NCBI GenBank assembly: GCA_030587475.2
Contig: JAUQYZ020000102.1
Coordinates: 26,012 to 90,011 of the forward strand
Reading direction: 5' to 3'
Length of the DNA stretch: 64,000 bases
Origin: Candidatus Sigynarchaeum calidifontis
GTDB lineage: Archaea; Asgardarchaeota; Lokiarchaeia; Sigyniarchaeales; Sigyniarchaeaceae
Shown: positions 28,319 through 37,584 of the stretch, piece by piece
Layout of the letters: each line of letters begins with the position of its first letter
Position numbering within the stretch: position 1 is the first letter of the stretch
Notes under the pieces: model-generated
The model's input: the letters and a program-made list of their open reading frames with translations, nothing else
The model's database searches: none
What the model was told of the DNA's origin: nothing
Made by a program: the position numbers and the translations under genes

Positions 28319-30229
28319 TCAGATGCCCAGCTTCTTGCGATTGGCCTCGATGTGGGCGAGCAAGTTCTGCGCCGCCTCGGCAGGATCCTTCTCCAGGTGG
28401 AGTATACCTCCCGTGACGCCCTTAAGATCTTGCGTGAGCAGCTTCACGAGGTTAGGGCCGCCCGTGACCGTGGGGACGGGATTCACGTAGGTGTACAACC
28501 CAAACGCCAGGGCGAATATGGCATCGATCGTTGCCTTCTGTTCCATGTACTCGGGTGCAGCGGCCGCCACGGGCAGGTCTGTCACGGGCACGCCGCCGAG
28601 GGCTACTGAAACCGCGTGGATGAGATCCGCCACGCGACCCGTGTCGGTGCAAGTGCCATAGCTGAGCACGGGCGGGATACCGAGCTTCCCGCACAGTGCC
28701 TTGAGGCCGGGGCCGGCCATGTCCTTCGCTTCTGGGGTGCACAAGCCCGCGACTTGCACGGCGCCGTTCCCGCACCCCATGGACAAGACGAGCAGATCGC
28801 GCTTGATCAGCTCTTTCACGACCGCGACCGTGTGGACATCTTGTCCCGAGTCGCGGAGCGTCGTACACGATACCATGCCAACGACGCCTCGGATCGTGCC
28901 GTCCTTGATCGCGCCGAGGAGCGGATCCAGCGTGCCGCCGAGCGCGGCCACGATGCTCTCGGTCGAGAAGCCAACGATCGCCTTGCCAATCCGGAGGCCC
29001 GTGATGGGTTCCACCGAAGCCCGGCGCGCCTTGAAGTTGTCGATGGCCATCTGGAGCAGCGACGCGGCTTGCTTTTCGGCGAGCTCAGGCTGGTAATCGA
29101 CCCGATCCGACACGCCCTCGAACACGACGAGGTCGCTCACGGGCACCAGCTTGAACTTGTACTTCTCAGCGTACTTGGGATCGATGGGCATCGAGCAATT
29201 CATGTCGCACGCGAACAAGTCGACGCACCCGCTAGCTAGCACCGCTTCTTGCATTATCCAATTACCCGTGAACCCGAAGAACACGTCATCCATCGGCCAT
29301 CGCTGGATCATCTCTTGACCGGTCTCGATATTGGCAATGATCCGCAGGCCCTTGGCACCGACAGCCTTGGCCTTCTCTTGCCATTCAGGCTTGCGGGCGA
29401 GCTGTACCATGGCGAAGCCAAGGAACGGCTCGTGGCCGTTGGGCAGCACGTTGACGTAATCCGGGTCGAGCACGCCGAGATCGACGCGCATCTCGTGGGG
29501 CCGCGGGATGTTGAACAAGATATCCTGACAAAACTCGTTCACGATCTGGCTCTGGTAGGCCATAGCGATCCCGAGGCGCATTGCCTTGAGAGCCAGGCTC
29601 TGGTAATAGCCGTCCACGTTCGTGAGGCACGACGAGGTGGAGAACATCATCTCGCCGTAGATCCCGCCGGGGAGGATGCCCAGCTTTTTCCAGGTCGCCA
29701 CCCGCTCGGGCGGTGCCAGTGCGGTAACGATCTTGCTGGGAACGTCGTGGTGCTGGTTGAAATCGGATGTTGCAAAGTCGCAAAGCTTGTTCGCAATGTC
29801 GGCGTCGTTGCCCGACGTGTCGACCCCGAGCCGCTTGGCGAAAGAGCGCAGCTTCTCGGGTTCCGAGATCCTGTAGGGGGTTTTTCCCGCCGCGGTCGCG
29901 CGCAGGGTCTTGAGGGTCTGCTCCGTGTGGTAATGGTACGTGGACGCGCCCATGACGTTCCGCAGCAGCATCATGCGCATTGCCATGCCATCCGCCGTGA
30001 TGCCGCAAACGCCCCGCTTGTCTTTCGCCGCGTCCGCTCGACAAGGGCCGTTGGAGCAGAGGTCGCACCGAACACCTGCTTGGCAGAAGGGACAGCGGCT
30101 GTCAGGATTGTTTCCCAGTCCTTGAGCCTCGAATCGGTCCCAGATGTTCGTCATGCCATCCTTCTTGATGCGCTCGTACACCTTCCGGACGGATTCATGC
30201 TCCGAAATACGTTTTCCTTCCATATCCAT
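28319..30229 (-). CDS. cooS: CooS-type CO dehydrogenase / prismane family protein with non-canonical C-cluster ligands
   Basis: 'CPFC...CDLCSNGPC...CG' (D and B clusters), 'NGHEP', 'ANIETG', 'DMNC', 'VSC', 'MGCG', 'GTCTD', 'PEYMEQKA'. Confidence 0.9.
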   Translation of the reverse strand: MDMEGKRISEHESVRKVYERIKKDGMTNIWDRFEAQGLGNNPDSRCPFCQAGVRCDLCSNGPCRADAAKDKRGVCGITADGMAMRMMLLRNVMGASTYHYHTEQTLKTLRATAAGKTPYRISEPEKLRSFAKRLGVDTSGNDADIANKLCDFATSDFNQHHDVPSKIVTALAPPERVATWKKLGILPGGIYGEMMFSTSSCLTNVDGYYQSLALKAMRLGIAMAYQSQIVNEFCQDILFNIPRPHEMRVDLGVLDPDYVNVLPNGHEPFLGFAMVQLARKPEWQEKAKAVGAKGLRIIANIETGQEMIQRWPMDDVFFGFTGNWIMQEAVLASGCVDLFACDMNCSMPIDPKYAEKYKFKLVPVSDLVVFEGVSDRVDYQPELAEKQAASLLQMAIDNFKARRASVEPITGLRIGKAIVGFSTESIVAALGGTLDPLLGAIKDGTIRGVVGMVSCTTLRDSGQDVHTVAVVKELIKRDLLVLSMGCGNGAVQVAGLCTPEAKDMAGPGLKALCGKLGIPPVLSYGTCTDTGRVADLIHAVSVALGGVPVTDLPVAAAAPEYMEQKATIDAIFALAFGLYTYVNPVPTVTGGPNLVKLLTQDLKGVTGGILHLEKDPAEAAQNLLAHIEANRKKLGI

Positions 30230-30325
30230 CAACAAAAACGGATCTATCCTATTAATCTCCGGGACCTATTTCAATGCTCGTCTTCTATCTTATTGCCTTT
30301 TTACATCTCCCGCTAATACCGTTGC

Positions 30326-33300
30326 ATGCATCGACGAGCGGTACTGGCGCTTCTCGGGATTGGGCTGTGTTTCGGGATTGGATTTGCCGGCGTGACCTTC
30401 GACCAAGATGCTTCACGAGAGCGAATGCTTGATGGTGGATACACGGCTGCGGCCCAAGGTTCTTGCGACGATGCCGCCCCGGGCAACTTGATAGCCATCA
30501 TTGTCGACGCGGGGGTTGCCGCCGACAAGGGCCTCAACGCGTCGATATCGAGCTTCAAAGCGGAGTGGGAATACCAGTTCAAGAAGGCACTCCCCTTCCG
30601 GACGATCGATGCCTCCTCGCCGCTTGGCGGCTTTCCCAACGCCACCGCGGCCGCCGCGGTGCTGAACGGTTCGCTGCTCTGGTGGAACGCGAGCTTGATC
30701 CTCGCCGAGGTGGCGGATGTGCCGGTGCCAAGCGTCAACCGGTCGGCCGGCAGCCAGGACACGCTGCTCGCCCCGTGGAAAAACGCTTCCATCGGGACGG
30801 GCTGGGTCATGGACGCGGGCTGCTTCGACACGATGCAGCGCTTCACGGCCTACTTGGCCATTGTTATGAACCGCCACGAGAACTGGACGGGCACCGGGAT
30901 CCACAAGATGCGGTTCCAGATGCAGTTGGATGCCATGGGTTGGATGACGCCCATTCCATCAGCCGAGGCCGCGCTCAAGGCCTTCGTGTCCCGGCAGATC
31001 AACTGCATCGAGCTGCCCAGTTCCCCGTTGAACGAGATCGCCAATATTTCGCTGCCCGGGTTCAACAACGGCTGGATGGCCAGCGACATCTCCCAGCGGG
31101 CGACTTTTCTCGCGTGGTTGGGCAATCTCTTTCAACTCGCATCGTCGTATCACGTGCGCGTGTTCCTTGCGACCGACGAGATGGTCATGACGCGACCCAT
31201 GTACGACTGGTTGAACGCTCGGCTCGGCTACAGCGGCGCCGAGTACGGTGCCGAGGAGACGAAGCAATTTCCCGATAGCATCTATGCTCAAGCGACGGCA
31301 CCCGGCTCGCCGACGTGGACGCTGCTCGAGGCGAAGTACAACGCGACGGTCGAGGCGATCCAGTCGATCTTGAATGCAACGAACGCTGCAGGCTTCGGCG
31401 GCTTCAAGTTCCGCATCGATGACATCTCGCTCAAGAACTGGCAAGGTGCCGAGGTGTACAAGAAGGTCTCGTTCATGCACACGGTCGCCACGCTGGGCCG
31501 GTTCATCAACATCACGACGGCCGCGGCTGCAAGGGTCGGCGCGGAGGTCATCCAGCGCATGTGGATGCTCGGCGAGGAGGAGAACCCCTTCAACAACGCC
31601 ACGCTATGCAAGCAGATGCTCGACCCTATCCAGGCCACGAATCTCATCCTCCGGACCAAAGAAACGTACAATGACCACTGGCTGAACATGCCCGCGAACC
31701 CCACCATCGGCGTGAGCCACCACCGCTGGATCATCGGCTGGGCCGTGCAGTACATCACGCCATATTACCGCAGCTTCTTGCACGACTGGTACGCGGAGAA
31801 CGGCACGAGATATGACTACGGCAACGGCACGGCGGTCGGCTGGTGGGAGAACCCGAACATCGTGGGCTATGATGGCATGTTATTGACGTCGGCCGCCTGG
31901 CGCACGCTCGCGACGCACCTCGCCACGCAAGAGGCCACGATCTTCTATCTCGTCCAGCACACGTATAATTCCTCGATACGCGCCGCTGATGGCGTGCGGG
32001 CATACCTCCGGAAGGTCGGCATCGTCGATCCCGCCGTCGTGCAGAACATCTCCCGCGTGTTCGAGCTGTCCACGGAGGCGTTCCGGCAACTTTTTTTCAT
32101 GAAAGCGTGGAGCGCGTCTGGGAAGTTCCGTGGCGACGTGGTCAACGGCGGTAGCGATCTCAAGTACGACCCGGTGCGGTTCAACATGTTTTACCGGACC
32201 TTACCGGGCTATGGTGGCATGCCGGGCGTCGACTACACGCTGCAAGAAGGTTACAACGGCAGTGCCATCGCGCGCCAGATGGCGGATCTTTGCCCGTCTT
32301 CATACCCTGGCTTCGGGACACTCGATAATTCCCCAGCTTACGTTTTTCCGGCTTGGTCAGTCGATACTTCCAACCTTACCAGCGTCCTGGGCTATTTCCG
32401 GGAGCACATGCGCGCCTACGCGGCGTTCGCTGACCTCTTCGCGGAGTGGCGGGCATGGCACGTTGCTTACTATCACTGGATCTACACGTGGGACGTGCGC
32501 TGTTTCGAGATTGCCGAGCACGCGCGAGAGGCCATCATTGCCAAGCATGCTGCCTACCAGCAAAAATATACGCCAAAAGGGTGGGGTTTCATCTACGGCG
32601 CCGCGGATCTCGAGGGCGCGTGGATGTCCCTCGTCGGGAGAACCAACGAAGCCCGGCTGGATTTGCTCGGCGTGTTGGTCTTGATCGCATGCTTGGGCAT
32701 TGCCGGATTCTTTTCGTTCAAGCGAAAGGAAGTCCCCCTCAAGGAGATAGCCAGGGCAATGCTCGGCATGTCCAGATGGAAGATGGTAGAGAACCGGCAA
32801 GTTCTCTTCGTCGAGCCCGAGGTGAACCCCCTCGCCTGGATCACGGGCGGCATCGTAGTTCCTGCAGGCGTGGCGATCAGCTGGGCGCTCGTGTTCCAGG
32901 CCTTGTTCGCGTGGCAAGAACCCAGCCTCGCAATGCCGTTCGCTGTAATTCTCGGCGGATACATCACGGGCACGAGGCTCGGCTTGGTCTTCTCGCAAGT
33001 CGCCGGGAAGAAGGATTGGCGATCGATCCACGCCACGGGGCTCGCCTTGGCCTGGCAATACATTTTACTTGTCGTTTTCGCCATCACTTTCACGATCGGC
33101 GGCTCGATTAACGTCATCCTCGGCACGAGCAGCACGGGCTTTTACACGCTCATCGTGATGCTCCTCGCTTGCTCGGCCCTGGGCATCTGGTCGTTCATGC
33201 GGAACCTCGTCTACACGGGCAAGCTGCACGCGCTCGCGACCTTCTGGATCATCATCGGGTGCGTGGTGGCGTGCATTTTCGTGGCGGGCTTGCTCGCCGG

Positions 33301-33358
33301 GGGCATCGAGAACGTGATCGACGCGTTCTTGTACCGGCTCGAGCACTTGAATGGCTAA
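30326..33358 (+). CDS. Secreted/membrane protein: large extracellular putative glycoside hydrolase-like domain plus about 7 C-terminal TM helices
   Basis: Signal peptide; Trp/Tyr-rich soluble region with many N-x-S/T sequons; 'VIQRMW', 'ILRTKETYNDHW..PANPTIG'; hydrophobic C-terminus. The enzyme call is tentative. Confidence 0.55.
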   Translation: MHRRAVLALLGIGLCFGIGFAGVTFDQDASRERMLDGGYTAAAQGSCDDAAPGNLIAIIVDAGVAADKGLNASISSFKAEWEYQFKKALPFRTIDASSPLGGFPNATAAAAVLNGSLLWWNASLILAEVADVPVPSVNRSAGSQDTLLAPWKNASIGTGWVMDAGCFDTMQRFTAYLAIVMNRHENWTGTGIHKMRFQMQLDAMGWMTPIPSAEAALKAFVSRQINCIELPSSPLNEIANISLPGFNNGWMASDISQRATFLAWLGNLFQLASSYHVRVFLATDEMVMTRPMYDWLNARLGYSGAEYGAEETKQFPDSIYAQATAPGSPTWTLLEAKYNATVEAIQSILNATNAAGFGGFKFRIDDISLKNWQGAEVYKKVSFMHTVATLGRFINITTAAAARVGAEVIQRMWMLGEEENPFNNATLCKQMLDPIQATNLILRTKETYNDHWLNMPANPTIGVSHHRWIIGWAVQYITPYYRSFLHDWYAENGTRYDYGNGTAVGWWENPNIVGYDGMLLTSAAWRTLATHLATQEATIFYLVQHTYNSSIRAADGVRAYLRKVGIVDPAVVQNISRVFELSTEAFRQLFFMKAWSASGKFRGDVVNGGSDLKYDPVRFNMFYRTLPGYGGMPGVDYTLQEGYNGSAIARQMADLCPSSYPGFGTLDNSPAYVFPAWSVDTSNLTSVLGYFREHMRAYAAFADLFAEWRAWHVAYYHWIYTWDVRCFEIAEHAREAIIAKHAAYQQKYTPKGWGFIYGAADLEGAWMSLVGRTNEARLDLLGVLVLIACLGIAGFFSFKRKEVPLKEIARAMLGMSRWKMVENRQVLFVEPEVNPLAWITGGIVVPAGVAISWALVFQALFAWQEPSLAMPFAVILGGYITGTRLGLVFSQVAGKKDWRSIHATGLALAWQYILLVVFAITFTIGGSINVILGTSSTGFYTLIVMLLACSALGIWSFMRNLVYTGKLHALATFWIIIGCVVACIFVAGLLAGGIENVIDAFLYRLEHLNG

Positions 33359-33398
33359 TTCGCCGTGTTTTTATGCATTGAATGCCCACGGTCTAACC

Positions 33399-34175
33399 AT
33401 GATAGGCGCCATCGCGGGCGACATCGCCGGTTCGACGTGGGAATACACGCCTGTGAAGTCGATCGACGGATTCGCCCTCTTCAGCCCGCGCTCGTTCTTC
33501 ACGGACGACACGGTCTTGACCGTGGCGCTCGCGGACAGCATCCTGACGGGCGAGCCGTACGTGAACAAGATGAAAGAATATTTCCGGCGATATCCGGATG
33601 CAGGATATGGTGGAACGTTCGCGCACTGGGCGGCAAGCAAGGACGATGCCCCGTACAACAGCTGGGGGAACGGGTCGGCGATGCGCGTGAGCCCGGTTGG
33701 TTTCGCCTACGACACCCTCGAGGAGGTACTCGATCAAGCCAAGCAAAGCGCTGCCGTCACGCACAACCATCCCGAGGGGATCAAGGGCGCGCAGGCCACG
33801 GCGGCTTGCATCTTCCTGGCGAGGCGTGGCAAATCCAAGAAACAGATCCAGGAATACGTTGAAACCACGTTCGGCTATGACCTCCACCGGTCGCTCGACG
33901 TGATACGACCGACGTACAGGTACGACATTTCATGCCAGGGTTCCGTGCCGGAGTCGATCACGTGCGTGCTGGAATCCAACGACTTCGAGCACGCCATCCG
34001 CCTCGCCATCTCGCTGGGTGGAGACGCAGACACCATGGCTTGCATCGCCGGCGGCATCGCGCAAGCTGTTTATGGCGGCGTGCCAGAGAAGATCAAGGAA
34101 GAAGCGCTGCGCCGCCTCGATGATCCGCTGAGGAACGTCGTGGAACGGTTCTCGCAAAAATTCAAGTGTGCTTGA
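33399..34175 (+). CDS. ADP-ribosylglycohydrolase family protein (DraG/ARH-like)
   Basis: 'GAIAGDIAGS', 'FTDDT', 'SWGNGSAMR', 'THNHPEG', 'GGDADT'. Confidence 0.95.
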   Translation: MIGAIAGDIAGSTWEYTPVKSIDGFALFSPRSFFTDDTVLTVALADSILTGEPYVNKMKEYFRRYPDAGYGGTFAHWAASKDDAPYNSWGNGSAMRVSPVGFAYDTLEEVLDQAKQSAAVTHNHPEGIKGAQATAACIFLARRGKSKKQIQEYVETTFGYDLHRSLDVIRPTYRYDISCQGSVPESITCVLESNDFEHAIRLAISLGGDADTMACIAGGIAQAVYGGVPEKIKEEALRRLDDPLRNVVERFSQKFKCA

Positions 34176-34286
34176 AGCCGGCGATCCATGTACGATACGT
34201 TCCGACCGTGCTCGAGCAGATTCAAACGCAGAAGCTTCATAACATTTCATTAGGTTTAGTCATTCAAATCGTCGTGCGTGGAACCC

Positions 34287-35552
34287 ATGTCTGAAAAAGA
34301 CCTATACAGCGAAGTTAAAAAGAGAAAGATGGAGGCCCTCGGCAAGGCGAGCATTGTAAAAGCCGTGGAGCAAAAAGGGAAGGTCTTGAGTATCAAGGGG
34401 CAGTATGACCAGCCGGACAAGGTCATGAACCATTGCTACGCGGCCGTGAAGGACACGATCAACCCGAACCAGTTCAACAAGGTAAATTTATCGAACTACG
34501 ATCTTGTCGTCATTGGTTGCCCCGGAAACGAGATTCCCTCGGATTTACATCTCCGGTTCAGGGATTACGTGCTCAATGGCGGCTGGATCCTGAGCACGGA
34601 TTGGGTGCTGCGCACGATCATCGAACCCATTTTTCCTGGTTACATAAGCTGGAATGGTGAAAAAACTGCGGACACGGTTGTCGACTGCCAGATAGTGGAA
34701 CCCAACCACCCGTTCATGCACGGGGTCATCGAGGGCCTGAAGGGCTTCAAGGGCGGCGACGACTCGAAGCTGGGACCGAAATCCTTGAAGGCATCGCAAG
34801 GCCCGGGGCTGCAGCCCACTTTCAAATGGTGGCTGGAGGATAAATCCTTCCCGATCTCCGTCCTCAATCCTCAAGAGGTCAGGGTACTGGTACGGTCCTA
34901 CGAGATCGGCAAGAAGTGGCGCGCCGACCCGGTCTTCGTCTACTTCAACTATGGCAAGGGTGTCGTCGCGCATTTCATCAGCCACACGCATCTCCAAAAG
35001 GGTGCGAGCAAGGGCAAGTTCGCGAGCGCCATCATCGTCACTAACTTGCTCGACGAGTGCATCAAGCACAAGTACGGCATCGAGGCGGGCCGTCAGCGCA
35101 GCGGATACCAAGACATAAGTGCCCCGGCTGGCGGCATCAGCAGCAGCCCGTCGTGGGAGCAATCTTTCGTCCCTGTCGGCGGATCCGCGGCATTTACACC
35201 CCCGCCGACCGAGGGCGCGTACGACCCGTACGGGAGCCCGAAAGCATCGAAGGGCGCGCCCGCCACGGGCTATAGTCCCTATGCCTTGCCGACCGAGGGG
35301 CCGGCATCCTACGCGCCCGACCCTGCACAAGGCATCGTGCCGGACTTCGGCGGCATCGCGCAAGCCGTGGAGATCCAGATGGTCGACGACTCGACGAAGA
35401 TGTGCGCCGTGTGCGGCCAAGACTTCTCGTCATCGTCGGGTAAAATATACGAGTGCAACGCTTGCAAGGCAGTCTACCACGAGGACTGCGTGCAGCAACA
35501 AATCAATTCCGAGGGCACGTGCAAGTCGTGCTTCAAGGTACTTCTTTTCTGA
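34287..35552 (+). CDS. Class I GATase-like domain, Pro/Ser/Tyr-rich linker and C-terminal C4HC3 (RING-variant/PHD-like) zinc finger
   Basis: 'YDLVVIGCPG...YVLNGGWILSTDW' GATase-like fold; C-terminal 'CAVC-x13-CNAC-x3-YHEDC-x10-CKSC'. Confidence 0.7.
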   Translation: MSEKDLYSEVKKRKMEALGKASIVKAVEQKGKVLSIKGQYDQPDKVMNHCYAAVKDTINPNQFNKVNLSNYDLVVIGCPGNEIPSDLHLRFRDYVLNGGWILSTDWVLRTIIEPIFPGYISWNGEKTADTVVDCQIVEPNHPFMHGVIEGLKGFKGGDDSKLGPKSLKASQGPGLQPTFKWWLEDKSFPISVLNPQEVRVLVRSYEIGKKWRADPVFVYFNYGKGVVAHFISHTHLQKGASKGKFASAIIVTNLLDECIKHKYGIEAGRQRSGYQDISAPAGGISSSPSWEQSFVPVGGSAAFTPPPTEGAYDPYGSPKASKGAPATGYSPYALPTEGPASYAPDPAQGIVPDFGGIAQAVEIQMVDDSTKMCAVCGQDFSSSSGKIYECNACKAVYHEDCVQQQINSEGTCKSCFKVLLF

Positions 35553-35593
35553 CCCCTTCCATTATTCTTTCCGCGGTTTTCCAGATGTCATGA

Positions 35594-36748
35594 TCAATCT
35601 TGTTCCACGCCGGCAAACAAGCTTCCCGCCTCGCACTCCTGGCAACCAACGATGACCGTGCGACCGCCGGGGAGGCGATACGCGGCGATGTGGTTGACCA
35701 TGTGCGGCACCTTGAGCCGCTGCGCGATGGCACCAGATGCGATCTCCATGACGATGACATCACCGCTTGTCGTGCCGAGGAGCAAGTACCGTTCAGTCCC
35801 GGTGCCGATCGTTGACCACGCGCTCACGTTCACGCCGTCCTCGGGCTTGGTGCTCCAGAGTAGTTTTCCGGTCCCGAGCTCGTGGCAAGTTACCACGCCG
35901 GGATTGCCCATCTTCTGGCCAGATTCGTCGACGGCAAGAGGTAGCTGGTATGAAGTGGAAATGACCTTGCCAGAATCCTGCAGCAACTTGCATTTCCACG
36001 CGAACGAGTTGTGCTCGTGCCGCCACAAAATGGACCCGTCCTTGATTGCCAGTACCTTCAAGAACCCGTCATCTGCCACGGCCGCGACTTGGCCGCCCGG
36101 AGATGCGGACACGTCGCGCACGTACGACTCGAATTTGTGGAACCAGGCCATCTTGTACGCACCAAGCTTTTCGCTTTTCTTGCGCTTGTAACACCGGAGC
36201 GTGCAATCGTTTCCCCCCGCGAAAATGACATGTGTTTCCCCGTCATCGAGCAAGCAATGGTCGACCACGTTCACGCCGGACTGGAAAGTATCCCCCCAAA
36301 CGAGCCGCCCGTCCGACGCCGTGAGAAGGCGCAGCGTCTTGTCAAGGCTCGGGATGACGAGCACGCGCTCGCCCGTGAACGGATCCGCGTAGAGCTTGAA
36401 TTCCGAAACCGTTGCCGAGAAGTCATGTGACCAGCAAGGGTTGCCATCCACCGTGTACGCGTGGAAGTGCCCGTCCTCCCGCGCGGTGAAGAACGCAGGT
36501 CCCGATGCGGCGACGGCGGGGGCATCTGCGACCACGTGCCACGACCGTGATCTTGCCTCCCGGTGCCATTCATCACTTGCCGTGAGCCTTGAACCTTTGA
36601 CCCGCATCACGATGCTGACCAGCGCCATCGTGCTCGTGGTGCAAGCGACGTGGAACTCGCCCGGCTCATCGCTCGACAAGGAATAGCAATCGAAGGCGTC
36701 CACCATTCCTTTCGGGCCAGCGACTTCCATCAAGGTAACCGGTCTCAT
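35594..36748 (-). CDS. WD40/PQQ-like beta-propeller protein
   Basis: About 7 blades such as 'AREDGHFHAY', 'SLDKTLRLL', 'GGNDCTLRCY', 'ADDGFLKVL', 'GTTSGDVIVM'. Confidence 0.8.
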   Translation of the reverse strand: MRPVTLMEVAGPKGMVDAFDCYSLSSDEPGEFHVACTTSTMALVSIVMRVKGSRLTASDEWHREARSRSWHVVADAPAVAASGPAFFTAREDGHFHAYTVDGNPCWSHDFSATVSEFKLYADPFTGERVLVIPSLDKTLRLLTASDGRLVWGDTFQSGVNVVDHCLLDDGETHVIFAGGNDCTLRCYKRKKSEKLGAYKMAWFHKFESYVRDVSASPGGQVAAVADDGFLKVLAIKDGSILWRHEHNSFAWKCKLLQDSGKVISTSYQLPLAVDESGQKMGNPGVVTCHELGTGKLLWSTKPEDGVNVSAWSTIGTGTERYLLLGTTSGDVIVMEIASGAIAQRLKVPHMVNHIAAYRLPGGRTVIVGCQECEAGSLFAGVEQD

Positions 36749-37584
36749 TGGCGTGCCTCGCGAGGTTCGGTTCTATCCGGGTCGATCGTAGCAGCGATCA
36801 TTTCCGTGATCACTTCGAGCTGTATTTTAATCATGAGTAGCAATGACATGGAAAAGGCATCCTTGGACAAGATAGCCTTGTCGAGGTGAACATGCAGTGT
36901 GTGGCCCATGCATGCCGCGTCGCGTGCCACGCAGCCGCGCAACCCGTTCAAGATTGCCCAGGAGAAAACGGGCGCCTTGAATGGCCCGCCGTGGATCAGG
37001 GCTGTCCGAAGTGCCGGTGATGCAGCAGCGCGATTGACTTGCCCGGCGAGTTCCGCAAGCCTCCGAGGCACGATGTCCCTTGTTTCCACTGCGAGGCAAA
37101 ACGAGGGCGAGCGAATCTTCGCCGGATCCCGGTCGACAATGGGATCGTCGACGACAAGAGCCGCCTTGATCCGTTCGACGATAGAGGGATCCTTGATGAC
37201 GTGCAGCATCATCTCCATGGATGTCTCGACGAACAAGAGTAAAAGCTTGAAATCGACCACCTTTACAACCACCGGCGAGAAGAACCACTTGATATCCTTG
37301 CCGAATTCTGGATCATCGAGCAGTACCATCACGACGTCCAATCCTTGAACGATATCCCACGATATTGCTGCCACTGCACTGCCCAGGATGGCCCTCCACT
37401 CATCCGTGACGTCGCGCTGGGCGACGAAGATCACCGACCCGGACTCCATAAGGGCTCGGATTTCATCGAAGGCGGGGAGATATTTGCCGAGCAAACGACG
37501 CTCCGCGTGGTGGGACTTGTCAAGGGAGGAAAAGGTGGAATATTTGGAAAGATCCATCACGTGATCACGTATTTCAAGCTTCAT
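36745..37584 (-). CDS. Hypothetical protein, translationally coupled to aglH and the beta-propeller gene
   Basis: ATG 37584 overlaps the aglH stop by 11 bp; its stop overlaps the next ATG (ATGA); no recognised motif. Confidence 0.65.
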   Translation of the reverse strand: MKLEIRDHVMDLSKYSTFSSLDKSHHAERRLLGKYLPAFDEIRALMESGSVIFVAQRDVTDEWRAILGSAVAAISWDIVQGLDVVMVLLDDPEFGKDIKWFFSPVVVKVVDFKLLLLFVETSMEMMLHVIKDPSIVERIKAALVVDDPIVDRDPAKIRSPSFCLAVETRDIVPRRLAELAGQVNRAAASPALRTALIHGGPFKAPVFSWAILNGLRGCVARDAACMGHTLHVHLDKAILSKDAFSMSLLLMIKIQLEVITEMIAATIDPDRTEPREARQ

